Assembly (NCBI GenBank): GCA_910584915.1
Contig: CAJUDM010000027.1
Span: 37,359-69,358 of the forward strand
Origin: an uncultured Lachnospiraceae bacterium
Lineage (GTDB): Bacteria > Bacillota > Clostridia > Lachnospirales > Lachnospiraceae
Direction: 5' to 3'
DNA: 32,000 nucleotides
Shown in pieces: positions 8,390 through 17,219 of the stretch. The notes beneath the pieces were generated by a model. That model saw only the letters and a list, made by a program, of their open reading frames with translations, was not told where the DNA came from and ran no database searches. The position numbers were made by a program, and so were the translations under genes. How positions within the stretch are numbered: the stretch's first letter is position 1; every line of letters begins with the position of its first letter.

Positions 8390-9907
8390 CTATTTGATGT
8401 AATCCGCAGGGCTTTGCCCTGTGTAGGAATGGAATATCCTGCTGAAATAAAACTGGTCCCGGTAACCCACTAACTCCGCGACATCTCTGACAAAGAGCCC
8501 GGGATTCTCCTCCATAAGCTGTTTTGCCCGCTCCATGCGAATACCGGTCAGGTACTGATTGTAGGACTGCCTTGTATATTTGCGGAACAGCCTGCTCATA
8601 TACGCCTGTGAGATCGCGAACAGATCGGAAAGTTCCTGAAGGGAGGGCGGTCCGGATATATGATCCCTCAGATACGTCTTGATATTCTCAAAAAATTCCG
8701 GGGAATCCACCTTCGGATTCTCATTCTCCTTCCCGGAAAAGCGGTAGACGGACGAATACAGGTTCTCCTGCAGCATCTTCATGCTCGTTGAGTAATAAAA
8801 GGCGTCCTCAAACTGATATTCACTCTCAACCAGGGATTCCTCCTCACCCGTCTGCAGCCTGATCACATTCAGAATCCTCCTCGCCGCCTGTTCCAGCCAG
8901 ATCTGAGGGTGCTTTTCCTCCTCCCAGTGCGCAAAAGCTCTTGCAATACATTTACGAAACTGATCATACCGCCCCGTTTTGGCATACCACTCCATCTCCT
9001 GCAGGAGCCCGGAAAATTCTGTGGTATCCGCAGCCGGAAACCTCTCCGTAAATATCTGTTTCTTATCGAGATCCACCACCTGGGACAGCCCGACTGTGCT
9101 GAGCGTGTTCAGCCAGTAATACAAATTCCGGATTTTTTCAGAAATCTCTGTAGCGTAGAAAGCCCCTCCATAGTACAGCAGCGTCGTGTAGGAGTCCTCC
9201 ATCTTCTGCCGCCTTTCCACTCTGGTCATATAGTCTATCAGCGGCTGATCCCCCAAAACCTCCTCCGGTATCAGAAACAGTTCCTCCATATTGTCGCGGC
9301 CGTAGACCAGATAAGCTTCATCGATCGTGCCGTACAGTTCCGGTTCCTTCGCCGGCGAATATCTTCTCGGAAGTCCGTTCTCCCGCAGAAGCGCCGCATA
9401 AAATTTTTTATACGGAAAAAGCTTCTGAATTTCTTCCAGCGCTATCGTCTCGCCCATACAGAGCCTGCGGAATACCCCCATACGTCTGTCATAATAAATC
9501 TTTCTCAGTTTCTCTTCCACATTTTTCATGGTGGCAAGCATTCTCGACGGGACGATCGGTTTTGTCAGGTAATCCAGGACTCCATTCCGAAAAGCATCTC
9601 TCGCGTACTCAAAATCCTGATAGCCGCTGACAACGACAAAGCAGACATCCGGCATCTTCACGCTCGCCTGGCGCACCAGTTCCAGCCCGCTCATCACCGG
9701 CATCTCGACATCAGTCAATATCAGGTCCGCAGACGTTTTCTGAAGCAGCTCAAGCGCTTCCCTTCCGTTCCCCGCAGTCCCTGCTATCTCAAATTCAGGG
9801 CACTGTTTCTCCAGAATGACACAGATCGCTTTCACCGCCACAGCCTCGTCATCCACTACTATCACTTTAAATCTGTTTTCGCTCGGTTCCACCCTTTTCA
9901 ACCTCAT
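8390..9907 (-). CDS. response regulator with AraC-type HTH output (YesN-like)
   Basis: 505 aa. The receiver domain shows KVIVVDDEAV... and LILTDVEMPVMSG. The C-terminal AraC HTH reads ...ISQAYMSRLFRKYTRQSYNQYLTGIRMERAKQLM...YFSRIFHSYTGQSPADY. ATG 9907 lacks an SD, so an in-frame GTG at 9892 is an alternative start. Confidence 0.85.
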   Translation of the reverse strand: MRLKRVEPSENRFKVIVVDDEAVAVKAICVILEKQCPEFEIAGTAGNGREALELLQKTSADLILTDVEMPVMSGLELVRQASVKMPDVCFVVVSGYQDFEYARDAFRNGVLDYLTKPIVPSRMLATMKNVEEKLRKIYYDRRMGVFRRLCMGETIALEEIQKLFPYKKFYAALLRENGLPRRYSPAKEPELYGTIDEAYLVYGRDNMEELFLIPEEVLGDQPLIDYMTRVERRQKMEDSYTTLLYYGGAFYATEISEKIRNLYYWLNTLSTVGLSQVVDLDKKQIFTERFPAADTTEFSGLLQEMEWYAKTGRYDQFRKCIARAFAHWEEEKHPQIWLEQAARRILNVIRLQTGEEESLVESEYQFEDAFYYSTSMKMLQENLYSSVYRFSGKENENPKVDSPEFFENIKTYLRDHISGPPSLQELSDLFAISQAYMSRLFRKYTRQSYNQYLTGIRMERAKQLMEENPGLFVRDVAELVGYRDQFYFSRIFHSYTGQSPADYIK

Positions 9908-9925
9908 CTCGATATTTTAGTTTCT

Positions 9926-9954
9926 ATTTTAACCAAAAAAACAGTATTTGAAAA
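9926..9954 (-). promoter_or_regulatory. putative sigma-A promoter of the response-regulator operon
   Basis: The minus strand reads TTTTCA (9954-9949), a 17-nt spacer, then TAAAAT (9931-9926). Confidence 0.45.
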
Positions 9955-10004
9955 CAGAAAAATAGTAACTATCTTCAGGCGGTGTCGGCTTTTCAGAAAA
10001 AGCA

Positions 10005-10033
10005 TTGACATTTTGTACAAACGGCATTATATT
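10005..10033 (+). promoter_or_regulatory. putative sigma-A promoter of the GH2 gene
   Basis: TTGACA (10005-10010), a 17-nt spacer, then TATATT (10028-10033). A GAAGGAGAGG ribosome-binding site follows, then ATG 10071. Confidence 0.6.
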
Positions 10034-10070
10034 ATAGACTCATAACTACCGAAGCTGAAGGAGAGGCGAT

Positions 10071-11843
10071 ATGACAAAATACTACAGAGAAAATTACCCC
10101 AGGCCGCAGTTTGTCAGGGACTCCTATCTCGATCTGAACGGAGAATGGAATTTTCGTTTTGACGATAAGGACGAAGGGTTCACCGCCGGATGGGCGGACG
10201 GTTTTGAAGACCGGAAGATCCTTGTTCCGTTTTCTTTCGAATGTAAAGCCAGCGGCATCGGATGCATCGAATCCCATGAGATCATATGGTACAGCAGGGA
10301 GATCGATTTTTCTCCGCTGTCGAAAAGCGGAGGGAGGATCCTCTTAAACGTGGAGGGTGCCGACTATGAGACAAAGCTCTGGGTTAACGGGACCTTTATC
10401 GGAAGCCACAGGGGCGGCTACACCAGATTTTCCTTCGACATCACAGACGCTCTGGCGGACGGCGCCGGCGCCGTCGTCTTCAGGATCAGCGACAGCCTGT
10501 CAGCCGCGCAGCCCAGGGGAAAACAGCGCTGGCTCCGGGAAAGCTACGATTGCTGGTACGTACAGACAACAGGGATCTGGAAAAGCCTTTGGGCCGAGGA
10601 GGTCGGAGACAGTTGCCTCGATCGTCTGCACATAAAACCCTGTTTCGATGACAACGCGGTGGACTTTGAATATAATCTCAACCGGCGGAAAACAGACAGG
10701 AAGACAGAGGTCGAGACAGTTATCACCTTTCAGGATAACATGATATTGAGCATAAGAGAAACCATAACCAGATCCTGTTTCTCCAGGCGTTATTCCCTGG
10801 AATGCGACAATATGAAGCTGAAGGTAAAATACTGGTCGCCGGAATCCCCCGATCTGTATGATGTATGTGTAAGGGTCTATGAAAACGGCGTGCTCACCGA
10901 CAAGGTCGGCAGTTACTTCGGCCTTCGGAAGATTTCCACGGACAGCATGAGGATAAAGCTTAACAATACAGACCTTTACCTGAAGATGATCTTAGACCAG
11001 GGCTACTGGGAAAACACCGCACTGACGCCGCCGGACGAGCATGCTATCATTGATGATATCGATAAAATACTCTCCTACGGCTATAACGGTGTGCGGAAGC
11101 ATCAGAAGATCGAAGATGAACGTTTTTATTACTGGGCTGATGTAAAAGGGCTTCTTGTCTGGTGTGAGGCGCCGTCTTTCTATGAGCTGATCGATACCGC
11201 CATAGAGAATATGACAGCCGAATGGACTCAGATCGTGAGGCAGCATTACAACCATCCCTCCATCATCGCATGGGTTCCCTTCAATGAATCCTGGGGCATT
11301 CCGCATGTCATGGACGATAAAAAGGCTCAGAATCTGACGGAATCCGTCTATTATCTGACAAAGGCTCTAGATGATTCAAGGCCTGTAGTCAGCAACGACG
11401 GATGGGAACATACCAGATCTGACATTATCACACTGCACGACTACGCGCCGCACGGCACACAGCTGAGGCTGAACTGGAAGGATCCGGAGGGATTTCTGGC
11501 AAACAGCCGCGCCTTTAACGGGGAGCGGTATGCCTTTGCGAACGGATTCCGCTATGAGGGACAGCCCGTCATCCTGAGCGAGTTCGGCGGGATCGCTTAT
11601 GGCAAAGACGAGGACGGCTGGGGATACGGAGAGGCGGAAAACAGCGAGGAGGCCTTTCTGAACCGGCTGAAAGGATTGATGGATGCTGTATATGATATAG
11701 ATCACATCTGCGGATTCTGCTACACTCAGCTCACCGATGTCGAGCAGGAGCAAAACGGGCATATGTTCATGGATCGGCGGGACAAGATCGCGCCGAAAAA
11801 GGTCAGGGCCATTATAGCGGGAGGCCCGGAAAATATTCTGTGA
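10071..11843 (+). CDS. glycoside hydrolase family 2 protein (beta-galactosidase/glucuronidase-like)
   Basis: 590 aa. The N-terminus YPRPQFVRDSYLDLNGEWNFRFDD is typical of short GH2 enzymes. The acid/base motif is WVPFNESWG and the nucleophile region is VILSEFGG. Confidence 0.8.
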   Translation: MTKYYRENYPRPQFVRDSYLDLNGEWNFRFDDKDEGFTAGWADGFEDRKILVPFSFECKASGIGCIESHEIIWYSREIDFSPLSKSGGRILLNVEGADYETKLWVNGTFIGSHRGGYTRFSFDITDALADGAGAVVFRISDSLSAAQPRGKQRWLRESYDCWYVQTTGIWKSLWAEEVGDSCLDRLHIKPCFDDNAVDFEYNLNRRKTDRKTEVETVITFQDNMILSIRETITRSCFSRRYSLECDNMKLKVKYWSPESPDLYDVCVRVYENGVLTDKVGSYFGLRKISTDSMRIKLNNTDLYLKMILDQGYWENTALTPPDEHAIIDDIDKILSYGYNGVRKHQKIEDERFYYWADVKGLLVWCEAPSFYELIDTAIENMTAEWTQIVRQHYNHPSIIAWVPFNESWGIPHVMDDKKAQNLTESVYYLTKALDDSRPVVSNDGWEHTRSDIITLHDYAPHGTQLRLNWKDPEGFLANSRAFNGERYAFANGFRYEGQPVILSEFGGIAYGKDEDGWGYGEAENSEEAFLNRLKGLMDAVYDIDHICGFCYTQLTDVEQEQNGHMFMDRRDKIAPKKVRAIIAGGPENIL

Positions 11844-11900
11844 TTATGCATGGCCGATCAAACTGATCCTCTGTGATAAATGCCATAACTCTGAAGCCGG

Positions 11901-11940
11901 CTGCACCCGGGCAAACAGGAACATCTTTGCCCAGGTGCAG
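11901..11940. terminator. strong stem-loop between convergent genes (bidirectional terminator candidate)
   Basis: CTGCACC-C-GGGCAAA, a 10-nt loop, then TTTGCCC-A-GGTGCAG: 7+7 bp around a 1x1 mismatch. There is no flanking U-tract on either strand. Confidence 0.5.
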
Positions 11941-12015
11941 GAACATGGCAGTATAAGTCGTTTTTCTCAACAAGCGCAGTATGCCGGGAAAAACCCCGTA
12001 ACATCCAAATCGCAG

Positions 12016-13674
12016 TTATATCTCCACTCTTCTCAGATAATACCCGAAGTCTCCGTTCTCCGCCGGCTCCCTTTTCCCGTCAAAGGCCTCAAAGCCGAAC
12101 ATGACCGCAACAGTCTTCTCCCGCTCATGGAACGTCCCCGGAACGCCGAGATAGTAAACTGTCCTGCCCTCCTTCTCCTTTTTCCCGAGGATCAGATGTT
12201 TGTAATTATAGTAGCCGTGCAACAGAAAGCTGTTATGCACCAGTTCCTGATATTTCTCTGTAAAGATCACAAAATCCCTCGGCGATATCTTTAAGTATTC
12301 CTCCTCCTCCCGGATCGGATGTACTACAGGATAGGTTTTCTTCAGCTGTTCCCATTTATCCGGCTGCAGTTCCTGCTCCGCGAGCCTTATTTCCTCCTCT
12401 GTCTCTGAGTCTGATCTTTCAGCAACTCCGTACAGATTTTCTCCCTCCGACGTCTGTCCCGACTTCTCGCCCTTTGCCTCTTCTCTCCTTATCTCCCTCT
12501 CCAGCATTTCCTGCATGGATTCTTCTTCGCCGGAAATCTGCACCGTCTGCTCCAAACCGTTATCCCGCACTTTCGCTGTCGGTGCCTCCGCGTATGGCTG
12601 CTCTGCCGCTGCCGGCATCCTTCTGTCCGTCTGCTCCGCTACTGCCGCTTCTACCATTGTAGGCATTTCTGCCGCTGCCGTCCGCCCTGCCGGCTGTATT
12701 TGTTCCGGCGTTTTCCTGTCCACTGTCGGCGTCCTTTTATCTGTCACTCTCTCCAATACCACTGTTTCTTCTTCTGCCGGTATCTCCTGCATCACCGGCA
12801 TCCCGTCCGCGGCTTCCGCTGTGCCCCGGAACATATCCGCCGTGATATTTTCGACTTCAATACCTTCCGGCGTTTTCCTGGCGGCGCTTTCACCGATCAT
12901 CTCCTTCATCACAATATTTTCCGACGGCTCTTCTTTTACAACTTTCTCCACCCTCAAATTTTCCGACACTGGCGTCACAATCAGATTGACTTCTACCGGC
13001 ATATCTGTCATATTTCTGTCTGTTTCGCCGCCCTGCCGGTTATTCTGGCGGTTTTTATCCATGGCATTATTATATCTGCCTGTTCCGGCATTCCTCTGCC
13101 GGCCTCCTCCCGTATTTCCCGCTCTTTTGCCTGTCCCGTTATTTCCTCTTCCGTCGCCTCTCTCCGTGCCTCCCGTTCCTGCCCCGGCATTTCCTCTCAT
13201 CCTTCCGCTCTCCGGCATAAAGTTCGTCACCGTCCACTGCGACTCCAGATACTGATATTCGTGCAGTTCGATCTTAATGCCGCAGATCTGGTCATAGCGC
13301 AGCCCCGAACCCGCCATATTTTCCGCGTCCATCCGCACTGAGCAGCAGCCCTGCCCGTTCCGTATGCTGAGATTCCCCAGAATATGTTTTTTCAGATTAT
13401 TTTTCCTTCCGCCCGAATAAAAACTGTCCTCCTCTTTTTTTTCCCCATTCTCCGAGAGCAGATACACCTTTGCATCCCCGCTCCCCATCAGTCTGGGGCC
13501 TTTCATATAGACGATCATCTGGCAGAGGCTGTCCCTCACCTGAAATTTTACATAGCCGGCATTCTGCAGTTTAATGCCGCTCTCATAATAGCTTAAATAT
13601 CTGATCCTTTTATCATAATACAACCCCGTTTCCTCCTTTAGACAGTCAGTTTTAATATGCTTCCTATTGACCAT
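12016..13674 (-). CDS. uncharacterised two-domain protein with long low-complexity spacer
   Basis: 552 aa with no catalytic motif I recognise. It has a globular N-terminal ~150 aa (RIRYLSYYESGIKLQNAGYVKFQVRD...), a ~290-aa G/N/R-rich then E/A/P/T-rich spacer, and a globular C-terminal ~110 aa (...YYLGVPG...FGFEAF...GYYLRRVEI). From memory the terminal domains resemble a Clostridia-restricted family of unknown function (possibly DUF6128); this is unverified. ATG 13674 has no SD. The in-frame TTG at 13623 has AAGGAGG 8 nt upstream and may be the true start. Confidence 0.7.
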   Translation of the reverse strand: MVNRKHIKTDCLKEETGLYYDKRIRYLSYYESGIKLQNAGYVKFQVRDSLCQMIVYMKGPRLMGSGDAKVYLLSENGEKKEEDSFYSGGRKNNLKKHILGNLSIRNGQGCCSVRMDAENMAGSGLRYDQICGIKIELHEYQYLESQWTVTNFMPESGRMRGNAGAGTGGTERGDGRGNNGTGKRAGNTGGGRQRNAGTGRYNNAMDKNRQNNRQGGETDRNMTDMPVEVNLIVTPVSENLRVEKVVKEEPSENIVMKEMIGESAARKTPEGIEVENITADMFRGTAEAADGMPVMQEIPAEEETVVLERVTDKRTPTVDRKTPEQIQPAGRTAAAEMPTMVEAAVAEQTDRRMPAAAEQPYAEAPTAKVRDNGLEQTVQISGEEESMQEMLEREIRREEAKGEKSGQTSEGENLYGVAERSDSETEEEIRLAEQELQPDKWEQLKKTYPVVHPIREEEEYLKISPRDFVIFTEKYQELVHNSFLLHGYYNYKHLILGKKEKEGRTVYYLGVPGTFHEREKTVAVMFGFEAFDGKREPAENGDFGYYLRRVEI

Positions 13675-13810
13675 CTTATGAGAAAACGGGGTCTGTTATG
13701 ACAGTTTTTTATTACAATAGGCAATGGGCTGCGTGACTATATTTAAAGCCGGAAAAACTGGTCTGAGCATAATCCCCCGCAGCCTGCCGCTCCGTAAATT
13801 GCACCATATC

Positions 13811-13842
13811 AAACCAGCTTCACCTGACGGTTCAGCTGGTTT
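13811..13842 (-). terminator. hairpin overlapping the PucR-type gene stop codon
   Basis: AAACCAGCT (13811-13819) pairs with AGCTGGTTT (13834-13842): 9 bp with a 14-nt loop. On the minus strand the 3' arm ends in UUU and is followed by GAUAU. Confidence 0.4.
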
Positions 13843-14920
13843 TCCTTTCTAAATAATTCATATAGTTCACTACCATCAGCGCGATCTTCAGAGTCAGGGC
13901 ATCATCGAACACTCTGATATCCAGGCCGGTCGCCTTCTGAAGCTTCTCGATCCTGTAGACCAGCGTATTCCTGTGGATGAAAAGCTGTCTTGATGTCTCC
14001 GAAACGTTCAGATTATTCTCAAAAAACTTCTCAACAGTTACCAACGTCTCATCATCGATCTCATCCGGCATATTTTCCCCGAAGATCTCGTGGATATACA
14101 TCCGGCACAGATTGATCGGAAGCTGATAGATCAGCCTGCCGATACCGAGCAGCCTGTAGGAGATGATCTGTTTCTCCTGATAGAAGATGCGTCCCACATC
14201 GGAAGCCATCTTCGCCTCCTTATAGGACTTTGAGACATCCTTCAGCTCATGCACTATTGTACCAAATGCCACGCGGACATTGATCATAGCCTCCGCATTG
14301 ATCATATCCATAATAGTTTTCGCGATGCGCTCCAGCCCTTCCTCTCCCGCTTCGCCATCTAATGCCTTGATCAGGATCACGCTGTCCTCATCCACAGTCG
14401 TCACATAATCCCCGTTCTGCGAAGAAAACATCCCCTTCATCAACTCACTGACCGACATCTCATCCTGATCGCCGGATTCCACGATATATACCACCCTATC
14501 CTGCTGATCTGTGATATGAAGCCGCTTTGCCCTGTTGTAGATATCCACTAAGAGCAGATTATCCAGGATCAGGTTCTGGAAAAAGTTATTTCTGTCAAGC
14601 CGCTCCTTGTAAGCGATCATCAGGTTCTGGAGCTGGCACACCGCAACCTTTCCCAGCATATATGCGTCATCGCCAAGCCCTCTCGCATCCAGGATATAAC
14701 TCACTTCCTCCTCATCCAATACTTTTAACAAGTGGTGGGCGCCGATCACCTGAGAGTCCGCAGGTGAAGTCACAAAATTCGCCACCAGCCCCTTTTCTTC
14801 TTCCGATGTCTCAAAAGTAGATGCCACGCAGTTCCCGTTAAGATCAAATACACCAAAATCAACTTTCGTAATAGTTTTTAGTTCTTCAATGCTGTTCTGA
14901 ATAATCTGGTTTGATATCAT
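13832..14920 (-). CDS. PucR/CdaR-family transcriptional regulator
   Basis: 362 aa. The C-terminal PucR-type HTH reads NLNVSETSRQLFIHRNTLVYRIEKLQKATGLDIRVFDDALTLKIAL. An AAGGGAAG ribosome-binding site precedes the ATG. Confidence 0.8.
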   Translation of the reverse strand: MISNQIIQNSIEELKTITKVDFGVFDLNGNCVASTFETSEEEKGLVANFVTSPADSQVIGAHHLLKVLDEEEVSYILDARGLGDDAYMLGKVAVCQLQNLMIAYKERLDRNNFFQNLILDNLLLVDIYNRAKRLHITDQQDRVVYIVESGDQDEMSVSELMKGMFSSQNGDYVTTVDEDSVILIKALDGEAGEEGLERIAKTIMDMINAEAMINVRVAFGTIVHELKDVSKSYKEAKMASDVGRIFYQEKQIISYRLLGIGRLIYQLPINLCRMYIHEIFGENMPDEIDDETLVTVEKFFENNLNVSETSRQLFIHRNTLVYRIEKLQKATGLDIRVFDDALTLKIALMVVNYMNYLERKTS

Positions 14921-14954
14921 GCGCTTCCCTTTCTTTTTGTATGGTTTATAGTAG

Positions 14955-14983
14955 CAGGCAGAGTATGTCCGTTTTTCTGCCTG
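14955..14983. promoter_or_regulatory. 8-bp inverted repeat upstream of the PucR-type gene
   Basis: CAGGCAGA (14955-14962) pairs with TCTGCCTG (14976-14983) across a 13-nt loop, 35-63 nt upstream of the 14920 start. It could be an operator or a leader hairpin. Confidence 0.3.
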
Positions 14984-15043
14984 TGCGCCGCCTGCACTCT
15001 TTTCAGGGGCATACCGCCTCTGTTCAGGACCTGCGCACTATAT

Positions 15044-15073
15044 GGCAAAAAGAGGGATGCGGACTCGCATCCC
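15044..15073 (-). terminator. rho-independent terminator of the msmX-like gene
   Basis: The stem GGGATGCG (15054-15061) / CGCATCCC (15066-15073) has a 4-nt loop. On the minus strand it is followed by UCUUUUUG. Confidence 0.75.
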
Positions 15074-15101
15074 CCCTTAAACTCATCAGTATTTGATATT
15101 T

Positions 15102-15226
15102 ACTCGCAAACGCTTCGCTTTTGCCTGCTTGCAGGCATTATGCTCCTGTAGCGCTGCCTGAAAAACGGCGAACTCGACTCGCAAACGCTTCGCTTTTTGC
15201 TCGTAGCGCTGCCTGAAAAACGGCAG
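15102..15226 (-). repeat. tandem direct repeat of a ~47-nt two-hairpin module in the msmX 3' region
   Basis: ACTCGCAAACGCTTCGCTTTT(T)GC occurs at 15102 and 15177. GTAGCGCTGCCTGAAAAACGGC occurs at 15148 and 15203. Copy 1 carries a ~19-nt insertion that contains its own hairpin (GCCTGCAAGCAGGC on the minus strand). Confidence 0.7.
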
Positions 15227-15227
15227 C

Positions 15228-16337
15228 TTAGTTGCAAATAGTAACCTCTGTCTCTTTGTCGAATACATGGATCTTCTCAACATCAAACGCAAACTTGATA
15301 GGATCACCAGGTCTTGCCTTTGTTCTGGAGTCTACCCTTGCTGTGATCGGGAACTGATCCACATCAAAGTACAGATAAACTTCAGCACCGAGCAGCTCAT
15401 ATACCTTAACGTTGGATGTGAAGGTTGTCTGCGCTTTTGCAAGGAACTCTTCGGAATCATATACATCCTCGGGACGGATACCGAATACCACGGTCTTTCC
15501 GTTGTAACCGCCATCGATCAGCGCTTTGGATTTTGCTGCCGGCAGAGGAATACTCTGACCTGCCACTTCAAGGCTTGCCACATCGCCATTTACCTTAACA
15601 GTCGCATCCAGGAAGTTCATCTGAGGGGATCCCATGAATCCTGCTACGAACAGGTTAGCGGGTTTCTCATACAGGTTCTGAGGTGTATCTACCTGCTGTA
15701 CGATACCGGCCTTCATAACAACGATCCTTGTACCAAGAGTCATAGCCTCTGTCTGGTCATGTGTAACGTAGATGATGGTTGTTCCCAGATTCTGATGCAG
15801 CTTAGCGATCTCTATACGCATCTGTACACGGAGCTTTGCGTCCAGGTTGGATAACGGCTCATCCATCAGGAATACTTTCGGTTTACGAACGATCGCACGG
15901 CCCATAGCCACACGCTGTCTCTGACCACCGGAAAGAGCTTTCGGCTTACGGTCAAGCAGTGCGGACAGGTCAAGGATCTCCGCCGCCTCACGAACCTTTT
16001 TATCGATCTCATCTTTCGGCACTTTTCTCAGTTTCAGACCGAAAGCCATGTTATCATATACGGTCATATGAGGATACAGAGCGTAGTTCTGGAATACCAT
16101 CGCGATATCTCTGTCCTTCGGCTCTACATCGTTTACCAGCTTACCATCGATATACAGTTCGCCGGAAGAAATGTCCTCCAGTCCTGCTACCATACGCAGT
16201 GTAGTAGATTTTCCACAACCTGAAGGTCCTACAAAGATGATAAACTCTTTATCTTCGATCTCCAGATTGAAGTCCTTAACAGCTTCAAACCCATTGGGGT
16301 ACTTTTTGCAGATATTCTTTAATGATAAGCTTGACAT
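15228..16337 (-). CDS. msmX: MsmX/MsmK/UgpC-type sugar ABC transporter ATP-binding protein (orphan ATPase)
   Basis: 369 aa with Walker A GPSGCGKST, signature LSGGQRQRV and Walker B VFLMDEPLSNLD, plus a MalK-like C-terminal regulatory domain. The ribosome-binding site is AGGAGG. No adjacent permease is present. Confidence 0.9.
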   Translation of the reverse strand: MSSLSLKNICKKYPNGFEAVKDFNLEIEDKEFIIFVGPSGCGKSTTLRMVAGLEDISSGELYIDGKLVNDVEPKDRDIAMVFQNYALYPHMTVYDNMAFGLKLRKVPKDEIDKKVREAAEILDLSALLDRKPKALSGGQRQRVAMGRAIVRKPKVFLMDEPLSNLDAKLRVQMRIEIAKLHQNLGTTIIYVTHDQTEAMTLGTRIVVMKAGIVQQVDTPQNLYEKPANLFVAGFMGSPQMNFLDATVKVNGDVASLEVAGQSIPLPAAKSKALIDGGYNGKTVVFGIRPEDVYDSEEFLAKAQTTFTSNVKVYELLGAEVYLYFDVDQFPITARVDSRTKARPGDPIKFAFDVEKIHVFDKETEVTICN

Positions 16338-16568
16338 TTTTTCTTTTCCTCCTGAATTTTAAGTAAATTGCCAACGGCATTTCTCTGTTCTGTTATGTAG
16401 TATATCGGAACCATGTCTTTTTTACCATGCCACTATTCCATAAAGTTTTTCTTCTTTGCTTGGTCAACTTGTTCATGAAATCTCTCTAAAAAAGACCCGT
16501 CCGGCAGATTGCATAAAGAATTTTCCGTTTTCTGTACACTTTTTACAAAACAGGAGTTCCCACCCTCC

Positions 16569-17048
16569 TCAATATATCTTTTTCTCCATCGGCGTATAAA
16601 TGATGCCGTCCTTCGTCAGCTGAGGAGCCACATCCTCAAACCCGATCTGGCGGTAAAAGCCTACCGCATAGGGCGCCGCATTTACCGTGATCTTCTCCTC
16701 CAGATATTCCTTCCGTATATACTTTTCCATGATCTGGATGAGCTGCCTTCCGATCCCCCGGTGGTGATGCCCCTCCTCCACAAACAAAAGCGATATATGT
16801 TTTTTGTTCCGCAGGGAGATCATTCCCGCCTGCTTTTCCCCGTCGAGGGCGATGAACATCGGATACTCCCCCATCAGGAACATGCGCCGCAACAGGGAAT
16901 CCGTCAGAAAATCCCGAAAACTGTCGATCCCCTCCTGCCCGTAATCCTTTGCCTCAAACTTCAGAAACGTCTTCCAGGCAAGCGCCATCGCCTCGTCCCA
17001 GTCATAGATATTTGCCTGCCTGATCTGTATATTGCTCTCCTGCACCAT
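16569..17048 (-). CDS. GNAT family N-acetyltransferase
   Basis: 159 aa with the acetyl-CoA-binding motif HHHRGIGRQLIQ. The size is typical and a GGGGGAAGG ribosome-binding site is present. Confidence 0.8.
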   Translation of the reverse strand: MVQESNIQIRQANIYDWDEAMALAWKTFLKFEAKDYGQEGIDSFRDFLTDSLLRRMFLMGEYPMFIALDGEKQAGMISLRNKKHISLLFVEEGHHHRGIGRQLIQIMEKYIRKEYLEEKITVNAAPYAVGFYRQIGFEDVAPQLTKDGIIYTPMEKKIY

Positions 17049-17177
17049 TTTGCCTTCCCCCTGTCAGCCGACTCCGGTACCATGCCGCCCCCCGATTCAC
17101 ATGTACCGGTGATCTATTTATCCATCCAATATCCGCTCATTCCCTCTCTCCGCCTATCTATCCGATATTTACACATA

Positions 17178-17213
17178 CCGGCAGCAGCCCGGTCCCACCC
17201 GGACTGCTGCCGG
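17178..17213 (-). terminator. terminator hairpin downstream of metG
   Basis: CCGGCAGCAG-C-CCGG, a 6-nt loop, then CCGG-A-CTGCTGCCGG: 10+4 bp, beginning 7 nt after the metG stop. The trailing sequence is only weakly U-rich. Confidence 0.65.
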
Positions 17214-17219
17214 CATATA

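Noticed and set aside
8909-10045. 378-aa plus-strand ORF
   Set aside because: It is antisense to the response-regulator gene and runs through the divergent promoter region. It has no ribosome-binding site.
12515-13341. Two long plus-strand ORFs (246 and 213 aa) opposite the low-complexity spacer
   Set aside because: They are a by-product of the repetitive, codon-biased spacer of the 12016-13674 gene. Their Ser/Pro/Leu-rich translations lack start-site signals.
15086-15307. 73-aa minus-strand ORF spanning the msmX 3' repeat
   Set aside because: It overlaps the msmX 3' end out of frame. Its apparent internal repeat (AKRLRV twice) simply translates the DNA repeat, and it has no ribosome-binding site.
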